Positions 19,143 through 27,323 of a stretch of DNA of 64,000 bases are shown here, piece by piece. Both the position numbers and the translations under genes were made by a program. Location: IMG/VR virus record IMGVR_UViG_3300045988_102744; one strand, written 5' to 3'. The notes beneath the pieces were generated by a model, which saw nothing but the letters and a program-made list of their open reading frames with translations, ran no database searches and was not told where the DNA came from. The number at the start of each line of letters is the position of its first letter. Position 1 is the stretch's first letter. Source of the stretch: a virus.

Positions 19143-19880
19143 ATGAGAAGAAGATTTGAAAATAATGCTAAACTATATGAGTATAAGATAGTTAGCGATT
19201 GTATAGGGGGGGGGGTAATCGTAGAAGGAAAGAAAGTAGGCACCATTCCACAGGGCGGGCAATTTATCTTTCTGTCTAAAAAAGAACGGCTGGATTCCAT
19301 AAGTGTCCAAGGCGGTGTTCCAATGGAAGATAGGCAAGAGATCGATAGTCAGGTTGATACGACAGAGGAATTGCTTGAACAGGATTCGGTGGTTCTTGCT
19401 ATTGCTTTAACAACCTCTCCTTATTATGGATTTAGAGTAAGTGTGATAGCACCTGATGAGTTTACGCTAAGAACAACCAATAGGATTAATAGAACCTTTT
19501 TAATAACAAGCTTTACTCCACCTGCTGCTATATACGGTGTAAACTTTAGTGATCCTATTGTCCTTAATTATGATAGTTACCAATATGAGATGTCAGATCT
19601 TGTAATTGATGGACCTCATGATAGAATAGTTAGGGCAGATCCTAATTTTACTTGGGCTATAAGATGTACAGATGCCGACTTTACACCTTTGCCATATCCA
19701 GAATCATGGTCTGGCCAAGGTTTAAATTCTATGTTCTTATCAGAAATGAAACGTCTTACTCCTGGTGATCATCATGTATCATATACAGCTTATATTAATT
19801 TGGACTTGATAGATGATGGCGGAAGTAAAGTTCATACTGAATATCTGATATTAGAAAAAACACTTAATTTTACGATATGA
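19143..19880 (+). CDS. hypothetical 245-aa protein with N-terminal MRRRF motif and an internal G10 homopolymer (Gly-Gly-Gly)
   Basis: ORF track; G10 run at 19206-19215 in frame. Confidence 0.6.
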   Translation: MRRRFENNAKLYEYKIVSDCIGGGVIVEGKKVGTIPQGGQFIFLSKKERLDSISVQGGVPMEDRQEIDSQVDTTEELLEQDSVVLAIALTTSPYYGFRVSVIAPDEFTLRTTNRINRTFLITSFTPPAAIYGVNFSDPIVLNYDSYQYEMSDLVIDGPHDRIVRADPNFTWAIRCTDADFTPLPYPESWSGQGLNSMFLSEMKRLTPGDHHVSYTAYINLDLIDDGGSKVHTEYLILEKTLNFTI

Positions 19881-19925
19881 CAACAATCCCCAACCGTACG
19901 CCTATTGTATGGTTGGGGATTGTTG
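19881..19925. terminator. bidirectional hairpin terminator between convergent + and - gene blocks (CAACAATCCCCAACC / GGTTGGGGATTGTTG, 15-bp perfect stem, 15-nt loop)
   Basis: perfect inverted repeat immediately after TGA of 19143..19880 and 45 nt from stop of 19970..20458. Confidence 0.7.
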
Positions 19926-19969
19926 TAGTTACCATCTTTTCTTGTATAAGCAGAACATGAAATAAGTTT

Positions 19970-20458
19970 CTAAGCATTAACTTCATGACCTCCCCTATCT
20001 GTGAAAACTAAACCAATACCTTCTATGATATGTCCTACTACAGGAGCTTTGTCAAATTCCTCCTTCGTAGCCCAAGTAGCATTATCAGGCATAAGATCCT
20101 TGAATGCGTCCGAAACATCACCTTGACACCAGCAGTTATTTGATGTAACAATGCCTTTCCCTTCGATATTGATATACATTTTTCTTCCACCACATCCAAG
20201 GCTGTTCCATCCGCTCGGTACGTTTTCCACCATAGGCTTAAGCACCCAGCTTACACCGTCTATCCTAACCCATCCAGGATCGTCTTTGTGCTTGTCGTAC
20301 ATATTTTGCCAAAAAGAGCATTCGTAGCACCATCCCCTGTCTTCCATAACAGTTCTTATCTCACACCTTTCAAATCCATCTGCATCCATCGTGTGCGGAG
20401 AATGAGGCTGGTGAGGGGTGCCACATTTTGGACATACGAGTTTTAAATTATTTTCCAT
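19970..20458 (-). CDS. zinc-ribbon protein (CPKCG...CYEC), paralogue of 42989..43399
   Basis: ORF track; shares CPKCG-ME(R)DG-CY-C-FW-IDG-SW-GGR-FKDL-PDNA-W pattern with the 136-aa protein at 42989. Confidence 0.6.
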   Translation of the reverse strand: MENNLKLVCPKCGTPHQPHSPHTMDADGFERCEIRTVMEDRGWCYECSFWQNMYDKHKDDPGWVRIDGVSWVLKPMVENVPSGWNSLGCGGRKMYINIEGKGIVTSNNCWCQGDVSDAFKDLMPDNATWATKEEFDKAPVVGHIIEGIGLVFTDRGGHEVNA

Positions 20459-20459
20459 A

Positions 20460-20696
20460 TTATTTTACTTTCACGATCTTAATAGAATCTCCGATATTGT
20501 ATTCCCCTTGGTATCCAACGAATTTTATAAATCTATTACTGTTAAATATTGAAAATCCTCCGTCTTCACCATAATATATCACACATTCACCATCTAAAGG
20601 ACGTAGATCATATATAACCCATCCGTCATTAACCTGATTATCATCATGCGAACATGATGATAACACAAGTGCTATCAATAAAACAAAATACCTCAT
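20460..20696 (-). CDS. small lipoprotein (signal MRYFVLLIALVLSSC)
   Basis: ORF track; N-terminal hydrophobic segment ending in lipobox-like LSSC followed by SHDD. Confidence 0.55.
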   Translation of the reverse strand: MRYFVLLIALVLSSCSHDDNQVNDGWVIYDLRPLDGECVIYYGEDGGFSIFNSNRFIKFVGYQGEYNIGDSIKIVKVK

Positions 20697-20703
20697 ATTA
20701 TTT

Positions 20704-20895
20704 TTAACATAAAAATTTATAACCTGGTTTTACTGCCTCTGCTTCTTCTCTTGTATCAAACATTAAGATAGTAGTTGATTCTGTACCTTCACAAACGTAA
20801 GACACTTCCACCCACCACCTAAAAATCCCAGAGCCATAATCATCATAGTACGGCTCGGAAAGAACTTCTTCTACATACCCATCCAAATAATTCAT
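20704..20895 (-). CDS. hypothetical 63-aa acidic protein
   Basis: ORF track; ATGA overlap with upstream gene. Confidence 0.4.
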   Translation of the reverse strand: MNYLDGYVEEVLSEPYYDDYGSGIFRWWVEVSYVCEGTESTTILMFDTREEAEAVKPGYKFLC

Positions 20896-21638
20896 GATCG
20901 TTCCTCCTTGTTTTTAGATTCTGCCTCCTCGATTATGCTGATTACCTTATCAACAATATCCGAATCAGACATTTTCTCAATAAAAACATCCATTGCCTTA
21001 GTTATGTCATTGGCTTCTTTTTCTTCAAGAGCTATTTCTCCACCGGTAATAGCATCAGATAATGATGTAGATAAGTGTCTTATCTTATCAATGCTCATAA
21101 ACGTAAATGGATTACCACCTTGACCTCCACCCATTTCTTTCATGATCTGATATCCACCTGAGATAAGTCTGCCTGATGTCGTAGCCAAGGAGGATACGAT
21201 TAGGGACAGTACCGCCGCTTCCGTCCGCTCCTCGGACACGCCCTTCGACCACACGGCTGCCCTTATAGCGCCGGCCAGGTCGTCTATGTATGGCATGAGG
21301 CAATCTTCCATCGCTTGTGTTATATCAGCTATAACCCCACTACGCTCTTTATTTATGTAGTAGATAGAAGCATTGTACCTCTTTATCTCTTTGTCCATGT
21401 CATTTAAAAGACGCTTGATATTGTGCTTATACATAGGACTGGTTTTAATTACTTCCTTTAGCTTAAGAATGTAATTATAAGCCTGGTCGTTTACAAATAA
21501 TGTCATGGTCTCAACCGTTGAATGAAGTGTGTTAAGACTGTTAAGAATCTTATCGAAATTGTTTATCAAATAAGCTCTTCTGGCTTTTGCTGCGTAGTTA
21601 ATGTTATTAAAATTATTCATTTTATTCATTAGATTCAA
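20892..21638 (-). CDS. hypothetical 248-aa protein (true start possibly further downstream at Met44, ~21509)
   Basis: ORF track; first 43 codons are N/K-rich low complexity directly abutting the TnpB stop and may be non-coding. Confidence 0.5.
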   Translation of the reverse strand: MNLMNKMNNFNNINYAAKARRAYLINNFDKILNSLNTLHSTVETMTLFVNDQAYNYILKLKEVIKTSPMYKHNIKRLLNDMDKEIKRYNASIYYINKERSGVIADITQAMEDCLMPYIDDLAGAIRAAVWSKGVSEERTEAAVLSLIVSSLATTSGRLISGGYQIMKEMGGGQGGNPFTFMSIDKIRHLSTSLSDAITGGEIALEEKEANDITKAMDVFIEKMSDSDIVDKVISIIEEAESKNKEERS

Positions 21639-21645
21639 CCTTATA

Positions 21646-22836
21646 TCACAAAATATTTATTCTAACCGGATTAAACACAAATCCACTATCGATTATCTTT
21701 CCAATGAAAGAATCACCGACTACTTTTCTTGCTATTCCTATAGCTCCATTAATATCAGCATTAATTAGCTTTCCAACGGAACTTTGGAATAATCCACGTT
21801 TCTTTCTTTTCCCTAAATAGGATTCTTGTTTCTTTAGAGGTTCAAAAGCAAGATGGTCAATCTTTGATGTGTAAGATTCCTCATGAGTAATTACCTCTAT
21901 CCCTAAAAGATTTGCTTTGTAAACAATCTTATCAATCAATTTAGAATGAGGAATAGAAACAAAATGTTGGTTATTCCTTTTACCGATATTTATCTCGTTT
22001 TTCCATTCTTTGTTTAATCCAATGATGATTGTTCCTATATTGTTAGATTTACAAAAGTCTACAATGTATCTACTGATTTTATGCAATTTGTCTTCTATCC
22101 AACAATTTCTAAACAAAGTAATTTTTCTTATTCTATTTGAAGTTCCCTTATTACCAACAAAAGACATCAACTTAGCTTTCTTCTTATTGTACCACTGATT
22201 TACTGATTTCATAACCCGTCCGTTTATAATGAAAGAATTAGTTTCTACATTACTAATACATGAACATAAATTATTCAATCCTAAATCAATCGAAAGAAAA
22301 TTGTCTTTGTTTAAACCAAGATCAGTTTCCTTTCTTTCATAAACTACCTCTACTACATAACATGTAGCTTGAGGGATTATTCTAACTTGTTTTAGTTCGT
22401 CTTTCTTTACATTTGTTTTGATAGGTTTGATTATATCTTTAACAAAATAAATACAATTATCACCCTTTACCCTACAATTGCAGTTGGTGAAAACAACCAT
22501 GTTTTGTTTCTTACCTTGTTTGTATGATGGAAGGTGAGGTCTATGATTTCCGTATTTAGAAGGATTCTTTTCAAAATCCTTCTTGAGTTTTATCCAGGAT
22601 TTTATGTTTTTAAATACCTGTTTAATCACCTGTTGGGATACATGATTAGGTAAATTCCTGAAATAGAATTGGTTTTCTTTGCAAAGTTTGTTTGATAAAT
22701 CAAATTCCTTTAAATAGTTACCTGAAAAGATTCCTTGACGAATGTTGTAAAGAACATAATTATATAACAAGCCGGATTTGAAGCAAATATCCTCAAACCG
22801 GTTGTCTTTAACTATATGCCTTTCAACTAATCTCAT
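21646..22836 (-). CDS. tnpB: TnpB-family (IS605 OrfB / Cas12-ancestor) RuvC nuclease homologue, stand-alone
   Basis: 396 aa; LYNYVLYN helix; RuvC-I SIDLGLNN (D), RuvC-II ITHEESYTSK (E), RuvC-III INADINGAIGIARK (D); no Cys in the segment where the CxxC..CxxC zinc finger normally sits; no Y1 TnpA ORF nearby. Confidence 0.85.
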   Translation of the reverse strand: MRLVERHIVKDNRFEDICFKSGLLYNYVLYNIRQGIFSGNYLKEFDLSNKLCKENQFYFRNLPNHVSQQVIKQVFKNIKSWIKLKKDFEKNPSKYGNHRPHLPSYKQGKKQNMVVFTNCNCRVKGDNCIYFVKDIIKPIKTNVKKDELKQVRIIPQATCYVVEVVYERKETDLGLNKDNFLSIDLGLNNLCSCISNVETNSFIINGRVMKSVNQWYNKKKAKLMSFVGNKGTSNRIRKITLFRNCWIEDKLHKISRYIVDFCKSNNIGTIIIGLNKEWKNEINIGKRNNQHFVSIPHSKLIDKIVYKANLLGIEVITHEESYTSKIDHLAFEPLKKQESYLGKRKKRGLFQSSVGKLINADINGAIGIARKVVGDSFIGKIIDSGFVFNPVRINIL

Positions 22837-22889
22837 TTGAATGATTTATATCGTAAATGTAATCGTTATTTGTAAAATAATCAAATTAT

Positions 22890-23411
22890 TCAATCATCGC
22901 ATTCAAATTTTAGATTTTCAAGTTCATGTATTTGTAACTTAAGAGACTTAATTAAATCCGTTCTCTGTTCCTCTGCATATTTCAAAGCTTCTTCTTTACT
23001 TTTAAAAGCTTGATACCCTATTGTATAAGGAGTGAACCGGTCAGGGGTGTCGGCTAATAAAGTACCATCATAATCTTCTATTTTAGCTTTTACTTTTCTT
23101 ATCTTACCATCTTGCAGACATGTGTCTGTAATCCACACAAATATATCATACATTTCTTCATATAATTCATACCATCCCGGCTTAGGAAATCTTGATGTGA
23201 ATTTAACCTCAGTATCTTTTTCTAAGACATTAATATCGTATGCTTCCGGCCACAGCTCTTTTATGTTGTCTTCGTCTTCGGCATACGCTACAAGTATGAA
23301 TGAATCATCGGATTCACCACTACACCAATATGGATATTTTATAGACCATTTGACTGGACGGTAGTCGTTACCGCAGTCGGATTTTTTAATATAAAATCTT
23401 GCTCTAATCAT
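22890..23411 (-). CDS. hypothetical 173-aa protein translationally coupled to the C5 methyltransferase
   Basis: ORF track; ATGA overlap (23408-23411) with upstream MTase; no HxH/Y1 transposase motif. Confidence 0.55.
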   Translation of the reverse strand: MIRARFYIKKSDCGNDYRPVKWSIKYPYWCSGESDDSFILVAYAEDEDNIKELWPEAYDINVLEKDTEVKFTSRFPKPGWYELYEEMYDIFVWITDTCLQDGKIRKVKAKIEDYDGTLLADTPDRFTPYTIGYQAFKSKEEALKYAEEQRTDLIKSLKLQIHELENLKFECDD

Positions 23412-24571
23412 GATTCTTTTATTCTTTTAAGTATATGTTCAATCACTTTAATAGTCCACCTGTTTCCCAACATCTTGTACTGTTGGGTTTCGCTGCATTC
23501 CCATTTATACCAATCTGGTACAGTCTGTAACCTGGAGCACTCTGTAGGGGTTAATCTTCTTATTCTGAAATCGCCCTGTAATGCTCTCTGTATGATAAAA
23601 CTGTTTCTATCATATGAATTACAAGATAATGTTGGATCCTTATCTCCATGAAATACTCTTGGTATTTGGAAAATAAGATTATCTTTTTGAACTGTTGTGA
23701 GACAATTGGATTTTCCATCGTTTTTTAATTCAATCATCTGAACTGTTTTAAGACCAGATTCTCTACATGTAGGTTTTTCTGGATTCCTGCCTCTCATTGC
23801 TACACAGATAAGATCGTACATGTATTTACCCTTTACAGTAACATTATTGGATTTCTCATCTTTTGTTTTAATATTAGCTCCATAACAATTTCCCTTGTCG
23901 TGATTTCTTTTCAAGTGAAAAGCTAAATTGTTTAAAACTTTTTCAGATAAGTAATATTTTTCATCTACTTCATATTCAGCTATATCACTTATGGTCAAAC
24001 CTTCGTCTTCAGGTTGAGGAATAATGCCGTCTTGAATATTAGTCCAATAAATACGTTTCCTAACTTGAGCTGAAACAAGTGCTGAATTAATATGATTGCC
24101 CTTACACCCTATAGCATCATCGAATACCGACTCCCATTTCTTTCCCATCTTAACGTTCTCAAGAAGAAACAACACATCAGGATTAGTTTTTCTTACATCA
24201 TTCAAAATACGAATAAACTCCCAGAACAAGTAAGACTGACCGGCAAACTCAAATCCTTGTTTTTTTAATTCAAGATACTCATTAAGTGATTTGATTTCTA
24301 TTCCTTCTACGGTAGACAACCCTTTTCTTTTTCCAGAAAAGGACATATCCGTACATGGGCTGCCGGCTAAAATAAGATCTATGTGTCCAAGATCTTCTAC
24401 ATTCAAATCCCTTACATCTCCTACTTGTATAGTATTAGGGAAATTTAATTGCGTTTGTTTAATAGCAAACTTATCTATTTCTGATGCATAATATACTTCA
24501 GGTGTGATCCCTATTTCTTTTAACGCTATTTGACCACATGACATTCCGTCAAATAAACTTAACACTCTCAT
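23408..24571 (-). CDS. DNA (cytosine-5) methyltransferase, Dnmt-like motifs
   Basis: motif I LSLFDGMSCG, motif IV GSPCTDMS, motif VI FLLENV, motif IX/X RLTPTECSRLQTVPDWY; track ORF extends to 24646 but start at MRVLSLFDG (24571) avoids a 71-nt overlap. Confidence 0.85.
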   Translation of the reverse strand: MRVLSLFDGMSCGQIALKEIGITPEVYYASEIDKFAIKQTQLNFPNTIQVGDVRDLNVEDLGHIDLILAGSPCTDMSFSGKRKGLSTVEGIEIKSLNEYLELKKQGFEFAGQSYLFWEFIRILNDVRKTNPDVLFLLENVKMGKKWESVFDDAIGCKGNHINSALVSAQVRKRIYWTNIQDGIIPQPEDEGLTISDIAEYEVDEKYYLSEKVLNNLAFHLKRNHDKGNCYGANIKTKDEKSNNVTVKGKYMYDLICVAMRGRNPEKPTCRESGLKTVQMIELKNDGKSNCLTTVQKDNLIFQIPRVFHGDKDPTLSCNSYDRNSFIIQRALQGDFRIRRLTPTECSRLQTVPDWYKWECSETQQYKMLGNRWTIKVIEHILKRIKES

Positions 24572-24575
24572 GGCA

Positions 24576-24884
24576 TTATACACATTTTTCAATTTTAATT
24601 GATTTTGATGATAGATACATATTCCATGTTCCTCTGCCTCTGTCACCTTTTTCGTTTTGTTTTTGGATTGTCAAGTACAGATCTCCGTCTTCACATACTT
24701 CAACTTTTTTCAAGAAGCCTATCATTTCATCTCCTGTTTCGTGTAAAATACGGATCTTATCTCCTTCTTTTAACCCATAATTGGAATCAAAATATTCTTT
24801 TTTGATTCTATCAATATTGTCTTTATGGTTTTTTATAGCATAAAGCTCTTCTCTTAATAAATAATTTAGTTGTTCTATTGTCAT
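24576..24884 (-). CDS. hypothetical 102-aa protein
   Basis: ORF track. Confidence 0.45.
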   Translation of the reverse strand: MTIEQLNYLLREELYAIKNHKDNIDRIKKEYFDSNYGLKEGDKIRILHETGDEMIGFLKKVEVCEDGDLYLTIQKQNEKGDRGRGTWNMYLSSKSIKIEKCV

Positions 24885-25447
24885 TTCTTTTCCTCCTTAC
24901 TTAAAGGCATTAACCCTTTTCCGTGCTTGTCATACCACAGCATAGCTATACAGTTCCATGCACATTGTGCAAGATGAAAACATCCTGTATCGGAATCCAC
25001 TCTTTCCCCTTTCATGTATTCCATTAGGTGTCTAAACATTGCAGCTCGATACCGTTCAAATCCGTTGTCAAGATTCTGCCAATTATTAGGCCCATATTTC
25101 TTGGCTCCGGCATGATAGACTCTTACAATATCTTCAATCTCTTCCATCGGAAGCAAATCCCATCGTAGTTTGTCGTCAATGATGTCATTTTTCACTGATT
25201 TTATTGAAGTACTTTTTTCTGGATCTCCTATACGAATAAGTTCCATAATGTCTGTTTCTATAATAATTGCGTCTCCATTGTAATAAACTTCAGCAAACTT
25301 GTCATTTTCTTTTATGTTTGTTGCTGAAGTCACTAAAGATCCTTTGTATATTATAGTGTTTTTATCTATCTTATCATCTTTCAGTGTTTGAAAAATAGAT
25401 CCTTTTGGATAAAGGATGTTTTTAGTATTATTGTCCATTTTTTCCAT
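24881..25447 (-). CDS. putative phage nucleotide pyrophosphohydrolase-like protein (GAKKYGPNNW ... RHLMEY ... DTGCFHLAQCAWN motif block)
   Basis: ORF track; C-terminal block resembles the dATP/dGTP diphosphohydrolase N-terminal-type domain from memory; low confidence on function. Confidence 0.5.
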   Translation of the reverse strand: MEKMDNNTKNILYPKGSIFQTLKDDKIDKNTIIYKGSLVTSATNIKENDKFAEVYYNGDAIIIETDIMELIRIGDPEKSTSIKSVKNDIIDDKLRWDLLPMEEIEDIVRVYHAGAKKYGPNNWQNLDNGFERYRAAMFRHLMEYMKGERVDSDTGCFHLAQCAWNCIAMLWYDKHGKGLMPLSKEEKK

Positions 25448-25491
25448 CGTTTTATCGTTGTTTTAATCAATTAGTATAATGATATAGTCCA

Positions 25492-25863
25492 TTATTTTTC
25501 TTCTTCGCCTATAAAGCGATCAAATTCTTCTCCGCTCATAACAATGCGGTTAATGATAATTATGCCGTTATCGCTATAATCACCACTTTTAACTCCCATA
25601 TCATCAAGCTCCTTCTTTAATTCTTCAAATGTGGGACCTGTCTTGCTTTTAAAAAATAAAGTAGCATGTGCAAGACTTCCGTTGTTTAGTTTTGCTCTCA
25701 CGGTATAGACATATCCTTTTTCCTCTTCATCCTTTTTGTTGACACCATCAAGGATGCTATTTATCATATCCTTGTCCTCACGTGATAGGTTGGATATAGC
25801 TATTCTGCCCTTTAATCTAAATACTTCGTTTTCGTTCATGACTTTCGGTTTTATTGTTTTCAA
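25492..25863 (-). CDS. hypothetical 123-aa protein
   Basis: ORF track. Confidence 0.5.
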   Translation of the reverse strand: MKTIKPKVMNENEVFRLKGRIAISNLSREDKDMINSILDGVNKKDEEEKGYVYTVRAKLNNGSLAHATLFFKSKTGPTFEELKKELDDMGVKSGDYSDNGIIIINRIVMSGEEFDRFIGEEEK

Positions 25864-26122
25864 AATATTGTCTTACGGCTTCTATGGCTTTATCGTCATC
25901 AAAAGCTTCTTCAAACTCCGTGTAGAACCTATCTCGCTCCATGCAGAATGTGTTTTTCCCTTCCGGTATAGGACGGAACACAACCACCCTCTCTTCAGCG
26001 TGATCGGTTCCTATTATGTTATTATCTAAGATAATAGAATATCTTCTTGAACTTTTGTTGATAACAACATCATGTTGAAGACCATACAATTTAAGTATTT
26101 CCCTTAATTCACTTGTTTCCAT
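25817..26122 (-). CDS. hypothetical 101-aa protein
   Basis: ORF track. Confidence 0.45.
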   Translation of the reverse strand: METSELREILKLYGLQHDVVINKSSRRYSIILDNNIIGTDHAEERVVVFRPIPEGKNTFCMERDRFYTEFEEAFDDDKAIEAVRQYFENNKTESHERKRSI

Positions 26123-26864
26123 TATTTGAAGATTTTATATTTTTAGAAGATACTGCTCCCGATCCCCACTTTTTCTTATATATAGTCCCCATCATGTTTA
26201 TTAAATCGGAAAAAGAAGATATGGTTCCCATTTCTATACAAAATGCAAGATTGGATTGAAGCATTTCAAGTTCTTTTAACTGCTCTTGAGTCGCTCTGTT
26301 TCTTATCATGCTCTCATGTTCGTTAAAAACGATCCAATTGAGGCCTTTAGCCATTCTTGTATAATCTGCATCAGGAAATCTTGATATAGCCCTTGATAGG
26401 ACATTATATTTATCTCCCGCCTCTATCCTATTTAAAATAAGTTTGTCCGTCAACCATGTTACTACTTCAGCATACAGCATAGGGTTAAGCTCCATAGCTA
26501 CAAGAACCCATATATAAGGATTGCACATCGTTCTCCTATTCTCTCCTCTTCCCATAGTTTTATAAGCCCCCATCTTTTTCATCACTTTTATAAGTGATTC
26601 TTTTTCAACAGATTGGATAAAACCAGGAAATCCTGCTTCTATCGTATATCCTTGTTTTTCAAGGATATAGTATATTCGTTCAGCACTTTCTTTGTTGGAC
26701 AGAATGTTTTCTATTCTCTTTTCATTCCATCCCATTTCTATCCTTTTTCTCGTATAAGCCTCTTGTAGGTCTGTTAAGGACATAAATGATGTTTTGGTGT
26801 CTTGTTTAATTATAACACCAAACAGTTCCCGATCTTTCGATACCATTGTAACATTTGTTTTCAT
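26109..26864 (-). CDS. KilA-N-like domain protein (putative antirepressor-type DNA-binding protein)
   Basis: track ORF 26109..26918; segment TMCNPYIWVLVAMELNPMLYAEVVTWL resembles KilA-N core; start moved to Met19 (26864) because the upstream 54 nt form a palindrome. Confidence 0.5.
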   Translation of the reverse strand: MKTNVTMVSKDRELFGVIIKQDTKTSFMSLTDLQEAYTRKRIEMGWNEKRIENILSNKESAERIYYILEKQGYTIEAGFPGFIQSVEKESLIKVMKKMGAYKTMGRGENRRTMCNPYIWVLVAMELNPMLYAEVVTWLTDKLILNRIEAGDKYNVLSRAISRFPDADYTRMAKGLNWIVFNEHESMIRNRATQEQLKELEMLQSNLAFCIEMGTISSFSDLINMMGTIYKKKWGSGAVSSKNIKSSNNGNK

Positions 26865-26886
26865 GAAATATAACACTAAAAAAAAT

Positions 26887-26914
26887 ATCATGATGCAAAT
26901 ATATGCATCATGAT
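26887..26914. promoter_or_regulatory. operator-like palindrome ATCATGATGCA-aatata-TGCATCATGAT upstream of the KilA-N-like gene
   Basis: perfect 11-bp inverted repeat with 6-nt spacer. Confidence 0.4.
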
Positions 26915-26966
26915 ACATTAATAAAAGATTATAGTGTTAAATTTTACTTATAGCGTTTTTATGGAC

Positions 26967-27323
26967 TCACATTATTCCTTCCAAATTTACTTTAATAGAA
27001 CCATTTATAGTTTTAATGCTCCCATCTATGGTTGAAATCACATCATCTAAATCATTTATAATACCTTCCATGTCATCAACCACCTCCTCCATATAAGTTA
27101 CAGCCTGATCTGATTCCCAATATCTTTCTGAGTCTTGTAACGATTCAGGTATATTATCTCTCGCCTCAGTCTCTTCGTCTAAAATCATATCAACATCATC
27201 TTTGGCTGAATTTATGTTATACTTCAACTCCGATAACTTTGATTTGATGTATTCAAAATCTGTTTTATACTTATCTACGTTTTTAATAACACCCAATATT
27301 TTTTTTCTTCTCTTGTCGTTCAT
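26967..27323 (-). CDS. hypothetical 118-aa acidic coiled-coil protein
   Basis: ORF track; ATGA overlap with helicase gene. Confidence 0.5.
   Translation of the reverse strand: MNDKRRKKILGVIKNVDKYKTDFEYIKSKLSELKYNINSAKDDVDMILDEETEARDNIPESLQDSERYWESDQAVTYMEEVVDDMEGIINDLDDVISTIDGSIKTINGSIKVNLEGIM

Noticed and set aside
22890-23411. IS200-type TnpA partner for the TnpB
   Set aside because: No HxH or catalytic-Tyr pattern; length and sequence unlike Y1 transposases
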